DNA of 64,000 bases from Octopus bimaculoides (GCF_001194135.2 NC_068991.1:46389147-46453146); one strand, 5' to 3'. Positions 12,192 to 25,992 are shown, counted from the first letter of the stretch. The notes: generated by a model not told the origin, from the sequence alone. Program-made: numbers and translations.

Positions 12192-13372
12192 TAAAACTCA
12201 CAGTTTATTTTGCTGGGAATGGTGGACAGTGTCAGGTGTCCACAGTCAGCAGACTAAGATGACACTTGTTTCCTCGTCATGCTACAAGAACCCTTCCAAG
12301 AATTCTTGCAGTTCCAAGCAATGCTGATTTTTTTAGGTGTTCTACCTTCACACTTGCACCGATCTTTTCCAGCCATGTTGGTAGTTGAGTGCTGATACTT
12401 CCAAGTGCACCAATTACTATTCGTATCACGTCTACTCTCTTCATTGACCACAACCTTCGTATTTCCCACTTTAAATCGTCAAAGTTGTTTATTTTTTCTT
12501 CTTTTACATTGATCCTGTTGTCATCAGAGAATGCTATGTCGATTATCATACACGTTCTTTCTTTTTTATTCACCACAACAATGTCCGGTTTCCGATGTTT
12601 GATCAGGTGATCGCACTGGCATTGCATCCCACAGGAGTTTTCAATTCTCATTTTCGGTGACTCCTTCTAGGGTTTGCTGGTACCATGTCTTTGCTCTTTG
12701 TATGCCGTGATTTCCAGTAGATCATTCTTGCCACATTATCATGGCGTCTTTTGTATTCACTTTGTGCCAATTTCGACCATTCACTAATGATGTGCCATAC
12801 CGTTTCACCCCTCTCGCCACACATTCTGCATTTATCGCTATCAGTAGTGTTGTCTATTCTGCACTTCATATAATTGGTCCTTAACGCTTATTCTTAAGCT
12901 GCGCATATGAGTGCTCCTGTCTCTGTCTTCAGGTCACTCCTTCTCTCCCATAGCCACCGATCCTCTGCATGTCTTGGTGTTCACATTTCTTGCAAACTGA
13001 CCGTACATTTTCTTTCCTGCCATGCTTTTTCTTTTCTTTTGTTCATTTCTTGTTTAAATTTTTCTTTAGTTACACAATTTTCAGTTTTGATTACACCGGC
13101 TTTCTTCGTGTATTTCGACAGTGGGTCCACGGAATTTTTTATACCACCCTAGGCTGTTTTCTTCTGCTTCGATACTGTCCTGGCAACTGATCAAGCCTCT
13201 ACCACTCTTTCTTCTGGACAAGTACAGCCTATCGGTGTCACTAAACATTTTTCTAGTCTTGGCATCCATTTTCTTCATTTCGCTTTTTTGCCATTTTATA
13301 ATACCCGCTCCATACCGAAGTGATGCTACCACCCACGTATTAATTGCTTGGATTTTATTCCATCCAGTCAAT
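12190..13372 (-). mobile_element. R4/Dong-type non-LTR retrotransposon, 3' part (post-RT, CCHC finger, RLE), frameshifted
   Basis: NKIQAINTWVVASLRYGAG..DRLYLSRRKSGRGL; KCRMCGERGETVWHIISEW..EYKRRHD; KPDIVVVNKKERTCMIIDIA..IVIGALGS..SALLGTARIL*. (ATT)n arrays on both sides. Confidence 0.92.
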
Positions 13373-13374
13373 TA

Positions 13375-13438
<64 letters not shown>

Positions 13439-14768
13439 CTGTCTATATCAGATCTTTCTTTTTTTTTTCCTCCGAGCATCCAAATAACAAAGGTTTCCTG
13501 ATTTTGGAGTTGTTGTATATAAGACTAAAAAACACTTTGAAAGATTGAAAATATTGTTAAGCGTAATTCGCACTAAATTTCTAATATGTGTCGCAAAAAA
13601 GAAAAATAATGTTTGTGTTGTGAATCCCAGATATATATAAATATTTATCATTTGAAGGGGCGGGAAGAAAAAACGTTAGCGTTAATGCTTTCCGGATAGG
13701 CAGTGATGTTGTACATTCCCTTTTCTTAACAGTAAATATATATAAAAATGCATGCATATGTAGACGCCATTTTAATACAAATATTTTCTCTTTCTCTACC
13801 TCTGTAACAGTCACTTTATATCTGTTATGAATCTCCTGCTTATAAAAGTGCTTCGAAGTGAAATATGGTGTAAGGGTGATGCTAACACACACATACACAG
13901 TAAAATGGTGACATAGCAAGAGCGGGAGAGAAGAAGACACAGAGAAAAAAGAGACAGACAGACAGATAGACAAAATGGAAGACACAACACTCATCGTCAA
14001 ACTACCTCAGACTCAAACAGGCAAAGATGGAAGACGACAGAAGGATGTGACTAGGATCTACAGCCTAAGGTCATATTCCAGATCTTATAAAAATACGAAT
14101 AGAAAATAGAAAATCATCAGTTAAAACACAATATAAACGATTTTAATGGGCTTTATCGTTTTTGTTTAGTTGTGAGGTTTCAAATATAATTTGGTATGTG
14201 CGTAAGCGTGACGAAGTGAGTGTATGCGTGCGTACGTGTGTGATTGTGTGCTTGTGTGTGTATGTGTGTGTGTGTGCGTGTGTGCATGTGTCTGTGAGTG
14301 TGTGTATGTGTGTGCGTGCGCGTGTGATAGTCCTACTGCAGAAATACAGCACTGCAATCACAATAAGTAACTTGGTTATTATTAATTCATTATCGTAGCC
14401 ATTTCTCTGCATTCTCGTTATAAACGCAGATTCGGAGATGTACCGTATGTACCGGTGTAGAAGACGTACATTATTTATTCTTAAATGTAACCAAAAGAAT
14501 TGCCATGCTTCAGATGCGACCGTATTATGAATGAGATATCGAGTGTATGAATGCATGATGAAACATTAAATCTGTTTTTCCCACAAAATATAACTTCTTT
14601 TTTTTTTCAGAAAAAGTAGAGTCTTATGCGAGTGTGTATCTTCTACACCGGCAAATAGTGTATGAATATCTCGAAAGTGTATTCATCAATTTTATAAATA
14701 TGTTAGCTGCCTTACAAGTGGCTGTGTTGAAAAATTAGCTCAGAATAAAAGTCTTAATAGTAAATTCC

Positions 14769-14975
14769 CTTCTACTATAGACACAAGGCCTGAAATTTTA
14801 GGGGAAGGGGTAAATCGATTACAGCGACCCCAGTTCCCAACTGGTACATATTTGATCGGCCCCAAAAGGATCAAAGACAAAGTCGACCACAGCGGAATTT
14901 AAATACAGAGCGCAAAGATGGATGAAACGCCGCTAAGTATTTTGCTCGACGTGCTTTCTTCCAGCTCGCGGCCTT
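14769..14975 (-). mobile_element. SINE family B, near full length
   Basis: Reverse complement of 41325-41530 from head (gccgcgagctgg) to tail (aaatttcaggccttgtg...agtagaag). Confidence 0.9.
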
Positions 14976-15065
14976 TGTTCATTGTAGTGAATTAAAAAAA
15001 CTAATATACTCTCTCACACACGCAGAAGCATGCACATATTTACAGATCGTTATTTCTACTAACAT

Positions 15066-15275
15066 ATTCGTTTTCTTGCTCCAGTCACTAGATTGAACCA
15101 ATGCTGGGACAACACCTTAAGATGTTTAGTTGAATAAAACGACACTTGTACTTATTTTGAAGTCTGGTACTTGTTCTATCATGACCTTCTGCCGAAATCG
15201 AATTGCTAAGCTAAGGTGACGTAGACAAACCAGTACCGCTTGTGGAGAGATTATAGGAGGACAAATATAAACACG
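15066..15275 (-). mobile_element. SINE family A (CORE-type), 3' half
   Basis: Reverse match to 53090-53280. Confidence 0.75.
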
Positions 15276-15329
15276 CACACACACACATATATATGTGTGT
15301 GTGTGCGTGTGCGTCTGTGTGCGTGTGTA

Positions 15330-15435
15330 TTTGCGGTAAGAAGCTTGTTTCCCAACCACATAGTTGTGTGTTCAGTCCCGACCAAAGACTCGTGAGTAGA
15401 TTTGCTAGATGAAAACTGAAAGAAGCCCATCGTAT
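15330..15435 (+). mobile_element. SINE family A, 5' half
   Basis: ggtaagaagcttgtttcccaaccacatag...aaactgaaagaagcccatcg matches 52900-53050. Confidence 0.8.
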
Positions 15436-15563
15436 ATAAATAGATAGATAGATAAATATATATATATATATATATATACACACAAATATATATATACATA
15501 TATACATATATATATACATATATATATACACACACACACACATATATATATACATATATATAT

Positions 15564-15614
<51 letters not shown>

Positions 15615-16243
15615 AAGAGAGATGAAACGAATTGGCGTTTTGGATATCACTACACATGTTTTTGTAGCGAATTTTATTTAGAACACATTATATGCCTTGA
15701 CATGTAACAACATGCAACATCATGTACCATTATGTAAAATAGTGTTTTCATAAAACGCCATTTCTTTAAGTAATATATTCTTTGAAATGTTGGGTGGGAG
15801 AGTGGGGAGTGATATGCAACTTTGACATGATAATTTAATGAAAGGATTTAAATAATAAAGAATACCATTCGAGGAATTTTGAAATATTAGGAGTGTATAT
15901 TTAAGCCAGTGACCAGTCGAATCAATATGTGTGTGTGTTTGTGCGTGTTTGTGTCAAAAGACAGTTTGCAGTTGTTATTTCTTGACAAAGATTGTGGTTA
16001 GTTATAACAATCTGCGTTAAAATATCAAAAGTTTTCATATACTATTTGACATCTTTAATCAGTGGTGTTTCTCCTTTGTTGAATTATCTTGTTATCTGCC
16101 TTAAAATCTAATCTAAAACAAAATACATCTATTCTGAATTTCCCGATGGCTTTGGCTGTCCAAAATTATTTATCATGTGAGTATGAGAAGGTTATGTCAT
16201 ATTATTACAAGATAACATTATACTTCCATAATATATTTTAAGT

Positions 16244-16490
16244 GGAGGCGCGTGGCCTAGTGGTTAGGGTGTCAGCACCATTATCGTAAGATTGTGGTTT
16301 CGATTCCTGGACCGGACAACGCGTCGTGTTCTTGAGCAAAACACTTCATTTCACATTGCTCCAGTCCACTCAGCCGGCAAAAATGAATAACGCTGCGATG
16401 GACTGGCGTCCCGTCAACCGGAAGTACACATACGCCACTGAAACCGGAAAACCGGACCCATGAACCTGGCTAGGCTTTAAAAGGGCGGAT
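16244..16490 (+). mobile_element. tRNA-derived SINE family C, tail type 1
   Basis: A box TGGCCTAGTGG 16253-16263, B box GGTTTCGATTCC 16296-16307, middle tgtgttcttgagcaaaacac..gtccactcagc. Confidence 0.9.
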
Positions 16491-18029
16491 TTATTTTATT
16501 TTAATATTATTGTAAACCTAAAACTCAAAAAGTTTTAAAACTGAAGGTTCTTCAATACGAACCCGCAGTTTGACTTTAAAATAGAGACATGATCTCAAAA
16601 AATAAATAAAGTAACCATCTTCACTACATGAGATTGTATCTTGTAGTTAACATTGACATGAAGCAGGCTTTATGATATACATTCACTTGGGTGCTTTTGT
16701 GTTTTACTCTTCTCTCGACTTACCACTATTTCGTTGATACGACGTGGTTTGGAAGTTTCATTTCTAACAAACATGACGGCAATTGTTTTCAGAGATTAAG
16801 GATCTGTTTTATTGCTCTAGTCAATTTTTATTGGTTTTAAACTTATTTATTTTGTAATTTTTTTTTTATTAATTCTGTTGCAGGCAGATAATTTGACCAT
16901 TGAGATGATGGAAGCAGTAGAAAGACAATCTTATAAATTTTCTTTTAATTTACTTTCTCTAAGTCGTGAGTTCAAATCTCGTATTAGTTACTTTTATCTA
17001 GCAGTACTCCTGTATCAATAAAATTACAATCAGTCATATAGCATGGACAGTTCATTCAACTATGCACTCACATCTACGAGTCTTCGCCTAACGCCCAGAA
17101 AATAGCAGAAAAAGATTTTGTAACGAGATAACACCGCCAAAATATTTCGTAAGGAAAAACCAATGCGAGGAATAATAATGATAATGATATTAACTTCATT
17201 GTTTATTTAAATATATACGAGTTCAGCATATCGGAGACCAAGATATTCTTATAATTATTCATGCAATTGCTACACTACTAAAAGTACTTAGGATTATGAA
17301 CCATGTTCACACCAAACATTTTTGTCTTTTTACCAAGCTCATATATTGCAGTGACACATACATTTCATAAGTCTGACACACCTCATAAATAATACGCTTC
17401 CCCCGTGTTCTTTATATATATATATTTACATTTACTGTTAACATTAACCTATAGTGGTTGCTCACTTTATCAAATATTTTTAATCCTCTCGTTAACAGAA
17501 TTAGCAGCCTCGTTTATCGAACATTTCGTTGTAATTTATTGCAATAACAATAAATTCTGACAGCTTTTCATTTTAGTCTTATCTTCTATCGACTTAGTTT
17601 TATCAAATACCTCATTAATATCACGGCTGAGAGGTGGGGTGTGAGTCTTAAGGAGAGAGAAAATTAGCTCTTGGAGAGCCAAGTCCGCAAATGATGTATT
17701 TTTTTACCCCCATTTTAGAATGGAGACATGTTTATTTCTTCTACTATATTTACTACATTTGCGGTCTACCAGTGAAGTAGCTCCTATGTGGTTGTCAAAC
17801 ATTTTAGAAATAGTAGTCACATCTACCTTATATTCAAAGGAAGGGGAACGTTAGATAATATAGTCCTTGATACTCAATTTCTGAGAGAATGACAGGAGAG
17901 TCATGACTAGAACGCCTTGTTCAGAACAAAACGCACACAACAATAGCAACAACACATTTGAGAAAGACTTGAATGACACATAATACTATTTATCAAAGCT
18001 TTTTTTCTGTATAAATTGTAAGAAACAAT

Positions 18030-18220
18030 AATGGACCTCCGTCGGATTTCGACGATGAGTACGCAGTTGTTCAATTAACTGATCTATTTGTTTTCTAAAT
18101 TAGCACGTAATTTACTGAATATATCTCTGATATATGTACCCTTAAGGTAATCAATGTGACACTATGTGTGACAAGGTTGCTCCTTTAAATTACAAGTGCT
18201 TCCACATAGTTTCCATTAAA
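18030..18220 (-). mobile_element. SINE family C tail type 2, degenerate
   Basis: ctccgtcggatttcgacgatgag..gtacccttaa..gtgacaagg aligns with 33995-34190. Confidence 0.6.
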
Positions 18221-19001
18221 CTTGTTTCCCTCACAAGGATTGGAACGATCCAACATTATGGTATGAGACACTGGCCCAAGATGCCACACAGAGAAATGGA
18301 AGCAGAAGCTTCGAGATCTCGAAGCAAAGTTCTTAATCTTTCGGCAACACATTTTATATATAGCTTGCATAGTGTTAATGTAATGTATTACTCGTAATGG
18401 TGACATGACGATGAAGAACGCATAGGAAGAGGATAGCAAAATTGAGCTTCATCAACCTGGCTACATTACTGTTAAGAACTGCACTCTTCTATTGCTTTGT
18501 CATTTTGATTTGGTCAACTAACAACAGTAGCCATTTTATTTTTATTTTTAAAGTTAAGAACTCTATAAAATATCATTAAATTAACAACAAAGAAAATTAG
18601 AACTGACCAACAGAAAATCTTTATATACATATACATACAAACATACATGCATGCATTCTCACATATGCGTACACATAAATACATACAAACGTACACACAA
18701 GCATGCACACACGCACTCACATAACTATGTATATAAACACAAACATACACCTACATCTCAAACGTATATAGACGAACCCATTATATCATTTTCCTTCCTC
18801 CCACTCTGAAATTTCGCAGTGACCTTTGCTATTCTACGGTTTTCCTTAAGCTAATTTCCCTGAATTATAATTAGCTAGATCTCCATTAACAAAAGCTTAT
18901 ACTTTATTAGTTCTGCAGTAATTAATCGGAACATTTTAATCAAGTTAAATTAAGTAAATGAATAACTAACGCTAGAATTTATTATATTATAGTATTTATT
19001 A

Positions 19002-19650
19002 CACTGGTAGACACATATTCTCTGGCACAAGCTTTATCAATGGTTCTTAGCTAATTTTAGAGTGCTGAATCCAAATCTGGCATCAGATTTTGTCTATCAC
19101 ATCAGATTTTTTAGTCTTTTAGTTTTGCTAGAAACAGCTATTTAGTGCTCATAAAGAATTAAATATACGTAGATGCAATTTTTAATAGACAATATGTCTT
19201 TTTATTTATCTAATAAATCAAAATACAAACTTGTGAGAGTAAATGCATATTAGTATGTAAGAATTATGCTTGCTGATAACAAAATATGAATACAAAATCT
19301 CTAGTCATTATGGTCATTCAATCTGATCATTATATTACTGCAAGAACTTCCTCTTTTTTGACGATCTCTTGTGCACAGCTTCTGAAATATCTCTCATCAA
19401 GCTCCAGCGGCAATCTGCCATCATGTTTAAGTCCCGTCGGCCTTGGTAGCGTTCTTCCAATTAATCTTACACCTTGATGAAAGTGTTCACCTTGTTATTT
19501 GCTGACATCACCCAGGTTCTCTGGAAACTCATCCAAGTGACTGTGCAAGTAATGCAATTTAACGCTCATTCTACATCCAAATGCAAGCAAACTCAAGAGC
19601 AGTTCCTCCACAATCTCTTGATAGTTGTCAGCTTTTCTGCTTCGAAGAGA
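19002..19650 (-). mobile_element. Chapaev-type (CMC superfamily) DNA transposon, 3' remnant
   Basis: Minus strand reads RKADNYQEIVEELLLSLLAFGCRMSVKLHYLHSHLDEFPENLGDVSK*QGEHFHQ..EERYQGR..MMADCRWSLMRD..HKRSSKKRKF. Family assignment is from recalled Chapaev3 motifs. CACTG terminus candidate at 19002. Confidence 0.75.
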
Positions 19651-19744
19651 TTTGAACTCAGATCATAATGAGCCGGGAGAAATGCCACTAGGTACTTTGT
19701 CCGACACGCTAGTAATTTTGTCAGCTCGATCACAAGGAATATTC

Positions 19745-20152
19745 ATAATATCTCGGTAAAAGAATTCGATAAGCTTAGAAAATATAAAGATTTGCTCATT
19801 GAAATCGAAACAAAATGTGGCATTTCAAGGCGGTAACAATACCAGTGGTTGTAGTAGCATTTAGAATGATCAAAAAAGGAACTAAAAAAATTATTTTAGC
19901 GTGATCCATGGCTTATCATTCATGCAAAAATGCAAAAGATTGTTTTAACTGGTGCGTCACACGTATTGAGAAAAACATTGTCACCGAGAGAACAATTATA
20001 GCCCACGTAAGCATTTTGTCATTTTTTCTTTTTTTCATTCTTTTTCTTTCACATAACTTGACTTTGTAAATGAACAACATGCTGTGTTTATTTTAATGGC
20101 ATATCAATGAATACAGTGAATTTTTTTACCCCAAGTGGCGGAAAGACGCTCA
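19745..20152 (+). mobile_element. R4/Dong LINE, 3' end fragment
   Basis: ISVKEFDKLRKYKDLLIEIE, closely similar to 20845-21280; followed by (AAT)n. Confidence 0.85.
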
Positions 20153-20197
20153 NNNNNNNNNNTGGAGGCAAAACTGAAAGAAAAAAAATTAATAAAA

Positions 20198-20259
<62 letters not shown>

Positions 20260-20425
20260 GGCCGGCAATTTCTAGGTTTGGGACTAGTCGATTACTTATT
20301 TTATAAACTCCAAAAGAATGAAAGGCAAAGTTCATCTCGGTGGAATTTGAACTCAGAACATAAAGACGGACGACATGCCGCTAAGCATTTTGTCCCTCGC
20401 AGTAAAGATTCTGCCTGCTTGGCAC
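20260..20425 (-). mobile_element. SINE family B
   Basis: Reverse match to 41325-41530; bounded by (AAT)n on both sides. Confidence 0.85.
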
Positions 20426-20429
20426 TTTA

Positions 20430-20490
<61 letters not shown>

Positions 20491-20492
<2 letters not shown>

Positions 20493-21300
20493 TGAGGAAA
20501 ATATAGTAGACCCAAAGTACCGATACTGCAAAGATGAAATTGAAATAGTGGACCACCTAATCTCTGAGTGTGAGGTTTTAGTACCAGTAGAGTATAAATC
20601 TAGACATGACAGAGTTGGCCAATATCTATATTGGATAATCTGTCGGCTTCATATAATCAAAACTGCTGACAAATGGTACAAGCAACATCCTGAGGCTGTA
20701 ACTGAGGAATAAACTGTAACGATTCTTTGGGGCTTTCCTGTATATACAGACCAGACCATGAATGCTAATAAACCTGATATTGTCTTGGAAGACCAAAACA
20801 ATAAGGTCTGTTTATTGATTGACATGAGCATACCTTGTGATCATATCTCGGCAAAAGAATTTGATAAGCTTAGAAAATATAAAGATTTGCTGACTGAAAT
20901 CGAAAAAATGTGGCATCTCAAGACGGTTACATTACCAGTGATTGTAGGAGCACTTGGAATGATCAAATAGGGAACTGAAAATCATCTGAGGATGATCCCT
21001 AATTTACCATCCATGCAGGAAGTACAAACACTTATCTTAACTGGTACGTCACACGTATTAAGAGCATTGTCGCAGTGAATTCTCTTTCCTTTTCCTCCTT
21101 ATTTTCTTCGTTTTCTTTTTTTCTCATTTTTTCTTTTTCTTCTTCTTCTTTTCTCTGTCTTCCCTTTTTTTCTATCACATGACTTCGTAAATGAACTATA
21201 TGGTGTGTTTATTTTGATGGCCTACCAATGTATTCAGTGAATTTCTTTGCCCTAGGTGTTGGGAAGACGCTTGGTAAAAAATGAACACAACATTGAAAGA
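20491..21300 (+). mobile_element. R4/Dong LINE, 5'-truncated (finger, RLE, 3' UTR)
   Basis: YCKDEIEIVDHLISEC..EYKSRHD; ANKPDIVLEDQNNKVCLLIDMSIPCD..KYKDL..PVIVGALG; (TAA)n both sides. Confidence 0.92.
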
Positions 21301-21308
21301 AGAAGATG

Positions 21309-21364
<56 letters not shown>

Positions 21365-21469
21365 TGCTTCAAATTTTGACACAATTCCAGTAATTTTGAT
21401 GGCTGGTGTTAGTCTGACGATTCTGTCATAATAATTGCTAGGCTTGTGCCAATATAATAATCGTGTCTG

Positions 21470-21665
21470 ATTTAGGCACAATACTAGCAATTTTTGAGGA
21501 AAGGAGATTAGTCGATGCCATTGAGTCGTTTTTTATTAGTACTTTATTTTATCGACCCCCAAAAGGATGAAGAGCAACAATGACTTCGGCGGCAATTGTG
21601 ACTCAAAACATAAAAGGCCGGATGAAACATCGCTAAGCATCCTATGTGATGCTCTACCGGTTTTA
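21470..21665 (-). mobile_element. SINE family B
   Basis: taggcacaa..agtcgatgcc..tactttattttatcgaccccc..gacttcggcgg..cgctaagcat. Confidence 0.8.
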
Positions 21666-22904
21666 TCAATCTGCCAATCCAATAACATAAACAGCAGTAT
21701 TATCATCATTACTATTATTACTCATTAATAATAATATTGAGAATATTAATAGATACTTATTTTATGTAATAATCACGTAACACACTACGGAGGGCGTTCG
21801 TCTAACACCGCTTTATTAGACCTAGTTCCGCATTCTACAATTTTGTCATCCAATCAGATCTTTGTGGCTTACATAAGATGAGTAATACAGTTGAGGTCAC
21901 ACAGCATTGGGCTTGTTATAATTAATCTGCCCATCCCCATTTTACAAAACTGCATTGTTACCTCGCAAACAACAGCGTTATTTATTTGTATTATTTCGTT
22001 AATTTATACGCATATTTATTTATTTATTTATTTATTGTGTGACAATCTTGAATGTTGTTTATGTAAACCAAAAATCAGCTCACCTTTCCGACTTTATCGC
22101 TGCTGTTGCTGTTGATGCTTCTGCTTCAGTTGATCTTCTCCGTCTCCTCCTCCTTCTTCTTCTTCTTCTACAAGCTGCTGCTGCTGCTGCTGCTGCCGCC
22201 CCCCACTGTTAACCCCACCACCACCGCTGCCACTGCTGCGGCTACTGTTGTCGTTTAGTCCAATTTTAGCCCTGCTGGAACAGACCTAATATCAATCGTC
22301 TTCAGACGATGACCAAATCGTTATTATTCTGGGGTTTTAGTCCCCCTTTTTTTTTTCACTTTTTCCGAACAAAATTCTTCCCTGGACTGCATACTCAATT
22401 ATGCTCCTCCTTTACGACAAAACAGTGTCAATTGAGGAAGATTCAGATGTTGTTTAACACAGCCTCAAAGAATTTTCTATCTTACACAGTTTAATGACGG
22501 GCAAAGTTACCCAGGTTGGGGACCTGCTACAATAAGAAAAGAAGACAGTAACATTTGGACCAATGTATTGAATGTTGTGAGTCAAGACATCTGAATTATG
22601 TAACATTACTCGTGCATTGAGAAGATAAATATCGTTATCAGAATTACTAGTTATGGTTAAGGAACGCAATGGAGACAACCCCAAAAAATTAAAACTATCG
22701 TTAATTACAAATAGAATTTGTTGGAGAGTGACTTTGATCTCTAGAGATATGGTGGAAACTTCAGATATGTTCTGGTATTATTAGATTTCATGAGCGAGGT
22801 TTTGTTTGAATGAGTTTGATGTAATCGGTGTAATTCGGATCAAATTTGAGTTTGACTATGACTGAATAAACAACAGATTTTTGAAGACATTAACAATTGA
22901 GCTG

Positions 22905-23065
22905 TCGAAGCAGTAGTGGTTAAAAAGTTCGCTCCACAAACACGAGGTATTGTGTTCAATCCCAACGCGTGGTATCTTGGGTGAATGTAATTCTATTTAG
23001 CCTCAGGTTAGCTGATATTTTGTAAGTGAAATTGAATAGACGGAAACTGCATTAAAACCCGTCAA
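22905..23065 (+). mobile_element. SINE family A, 5' half, degenerate
   Basis: gtggttaaaaagttcgct..gttcaatccca..tagacggaaactg..cccgtc. Confidence 0.7.
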
Positions 23066-23245
23066 ATGAATTGTACCTGTAATTTTAAAGATCATCCTTG
23101 TCACACATTGCGTCACACTGAATTATATTATATTATGTGTATATGTTTCTGTAGAAAGCTCAGCCATTTACACTTTAATTTAGGAGGAGGTAATTGAGTT
23201 CGATCGAAGTATTGGATGTTCATCGTCGATCGACGGAGATTCACT
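23065..23245 (+). mobile_element. SINE family C tail type 2, degenerate
   Basis: gtacctgtaatt..ccttgtcaca..gtcacactgaat..ctcagccattt..cgacggag aligns with 38108-38280. Confidence 0.6.
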
Positions 23246-24539
23246 AATACCTCCACCATTGAACGGTTTATGTTAATTACAGGCTTCGGTCTTATTATTA
23301 GGATTATTCATTATTTTATTATTAGTAAAATATTGTTTCTGTATTTATGTCCCGTAAGAGAATATAAACGTTTAAGCTGGAAAAATATTTGCTGAATATT
23401 AATAATACGAATATTAGTAATATGGGGTGAATTATAGAAAATCATTTTCATTTTGCATTTCTTAATGATATTATGAGTATATAACATTAGCCTTTAATAT
23501 TATATACTAATATAATAATATTAATCTTTAAGACCTTTAATTGCTTGTGCATCGTTATACAGGCTTTCTACGCTAATAAATTAGTTTTTATTATTTGAAA
23601 TTACAAAGACTATTTTGTTCTTAAAATGCATTGTGAGTAAATGAAATTCCAATTTAATCCATAATATTAAATGTTTTGTTTTAATTTGAGTTGAAATGTA
23701 TTATTATCGTAAGATGAATATCCATCTAAAACAATCATTTTAAGGTTATTACTTATGTCAATTTTCTGATTCTCTTCATTAAATTAATGTTGTTCGCTCT
23801 TTATATCTGCTTACTGTCCAGTCCGTTAAATGTGTTAGAGATTTATAAAGGCCACTTTGAAAAGATTAGCTTTAACATGAATCAAACGAAGGACTAAACC
23901 AATAAAATTAAACAGCTCACTGGAAGCGTTTGCTTCCGATTTCACATCGAAAAGTTTCATGTTGTTACTTTCTTTTTTCTTTTTTCTTTTGCATTTTTTT
24001 TTTATCCATATGGTATTACTAGAGAAATTATAGACTTTGAGCATGCAGTATTTTCATGTCATTGTCTGTCATGGGAGACTATTGTCTAGTAAATTCAAAG
24101 GTTTTAAAGCTACAGGCTTCGTTATAGAAGAATAATAGTCAATCATATCAGAGCTCTGCTTATAATGGAAGTTTTAAGCAGTGCGATTATGCCAGGGTTT
24201 TAACATTGATTGTCTTTTAAACAGAAAAAACCTTGTTAATGTTATCTAAAGTGTGCTTGCAAATGATTTGTAGTTCTGTTTTAGTAGTTTTATCAAGACT
24301 TGTTGTGCACTTACTTCAGAAGTTGGTATATGGTCCTTGAAAGTGAAGCATGTTTGTTAAGAGTATGTTTTACTTTGATCTTTAAACTGGAGCCAATATT
24401 TCGCTGTTGACTCACAATCATAATGGTGTTGGTAAGAATTCTGGGCCGATCGTCGACTTGTATCTTTTTCGACAAGGCACTTTATTTCACGCTGCTCCAG
24501 TCTATTTAGCCGTAAATGAATACCAAGCGCTACCTCATG

Positions 24540-24895
24540 CTCAACCCCTTTCTGTCTCTGTCTCTGTCTCTGTCTGTCTGTCTCTCTCTCTTTCTCTCTC
24601 TGTCTCTCTTTCTTTCTCTCTCTCTCTTTCTCGCGTCCTCTTTCTTTTCTCTCCTTCTCTCCCTCTCTTTCTCGCGCCTCTCTCTCTCTTTTCTCTCCTT
24701 CTCTCCCTCTCTTTCTCGCGCCTCTCTCTCTCTTTTCTCTCCTCTCTCTCTCTCTCTTTCTCGCGCCCTCTCTCTCTTTCTCGCGCCCTCTCTCTCTTTT
24801 GTCTCCTACTCTCTCTCTCTCTTTTTCTCGCACCCTCTCTCTCTTTTCTCTCCTTCTCTCTCTCTCTCTTTCTCTCTATCTTTCTATTTATAATT
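24540..24895. repeat. CT-rich minisatellite with recurring ctttctcgcgc unit
   Basis: ttctcgcg-type unit recurs about six times at 20-45 bp spacing within a (CT)n tract. Confidence 0.85.
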
Positions 24896-25504
24896 CTTTC
24901 TAGCTCTCACATTTAGGTGCCTATATACCAGAACACATAAATACCTAAACTAATTTGCGAAAGCATGGCACATGTTAGAAAAGCTTACTCGCTCATAGAT
25001 GACAGATGGTTGTAATGTTCTGCTATGCTACAAAGAAAACCAGAGTGAGATAAAAAAAATTCAATATGCAAGATGAATTGTTACAGATATACATACACAC
25101 ACACGCACATGCATCCATACACATACAAATATACATACATACACACATATATATATTATTTATATAGGTGTGTGTGTGTATGTATATATGTACGCATGTA
25201 TGTATATATGTACGAATGCATGTATGTATGTATGTATGTATGTATGTATATTATTTATACATGCTTAATAAATGAAACCATTATAGCTTAGATTCCGGAC
25301 ATGCTTTTACCATTGTTAAAACTTCTTACTGACGAACAAAACTAGGGCCAAAAGTATAGAAATAGATATATAACAATTCGTTTATGAATAATTCAGATAT
25401 TTCTTATACAAGCGCGTACTTCTGTAAATTCATAACAAAGAGATCTCGTATATAAATATTGTTCTTTTTTTTTCTACCGATCCTTTACGTGGGAAAAAAT
25501 ATTT

Positions 25505-25665
25505 TTACACGGTGCAAACGTTGCAATGTAGTAAGAAGTTTGCTTCCATAGCACATGGTTCTGGATTCAGTCCCACTGCGTGTCACCTTGGGCCCACATC
25601 TTGTACTATAGTCGCAGGTTGATTAAGATCTTGTAAATAGATATGGTAGATGGAAACTGAACAGT
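25505..25665 (+). mobile_element. SINE family A, 5' half
   Basis: gtaagaagtttgcttcc..ttcagtcccactgcgtgtcaccttggg..ggaaactga. Confidence 0.8.
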
Positions 25666-25822
25666 GTTCACACTGACTTCCAAGTTCGGCCTCCCTAGCC
25701 TTCATTAGTTTTCACCAAAACTCAATCAACACTATTCTTGTAAATTAAATAACTGTTCAGTTCAATGTAAAATTCATGCATTAAAACATCAATTCGCCAT
25801 GATAGATCGCTAGCCACTACAC

Positions 25823-25992
25823 ATTCCTTTTTTTTCTTTCTCCCCGTGTTTCTCTTCATGTTTTTTTCTGTGGAAGAGCGTAGGCTCGAAACGTTAAAGA
25901 CTTTTTCACTTCCCGAAGGTCATACTAATACATCTGTTTGTTTTCGTCACCACCTGTCTTCGCCTTTCGTTTTTTTTTTTTGTGAATTCTCC
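25823..25992 (+). mobile_element. Small repeat family F with hammerhead-like motif (25863-25900)
   Basis: tttt CTGTGGA A GAGC-GTAG-GCTC GAAAC GTT AAAGA; collinear with 54105-54272 and the reverse of 46620-46830. Confidence 0.7.

Noticed and set aside
12105-12230. Duplicated LINE 3' tip on both sides of a 10-N gap
   Set aside because: Most simply overlapping contig ends or two alleles.
13657-13700. GGGGCGGGA and TTCCGG motifs
   Set aside because: Only two short motifs with no other promoter evidence.
16244-16310. tRNA gene
   Set aside because: A and B boxes are present but there is no cloverleaf and the sequence continues into a SINE body.
22486-22526. Minus-strand micro-exon candidate (SPTWVTLPVIKL)
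   Set aside because: Splice signals are plausible but phases do not match the other candidates and the peptide is unrecognised.
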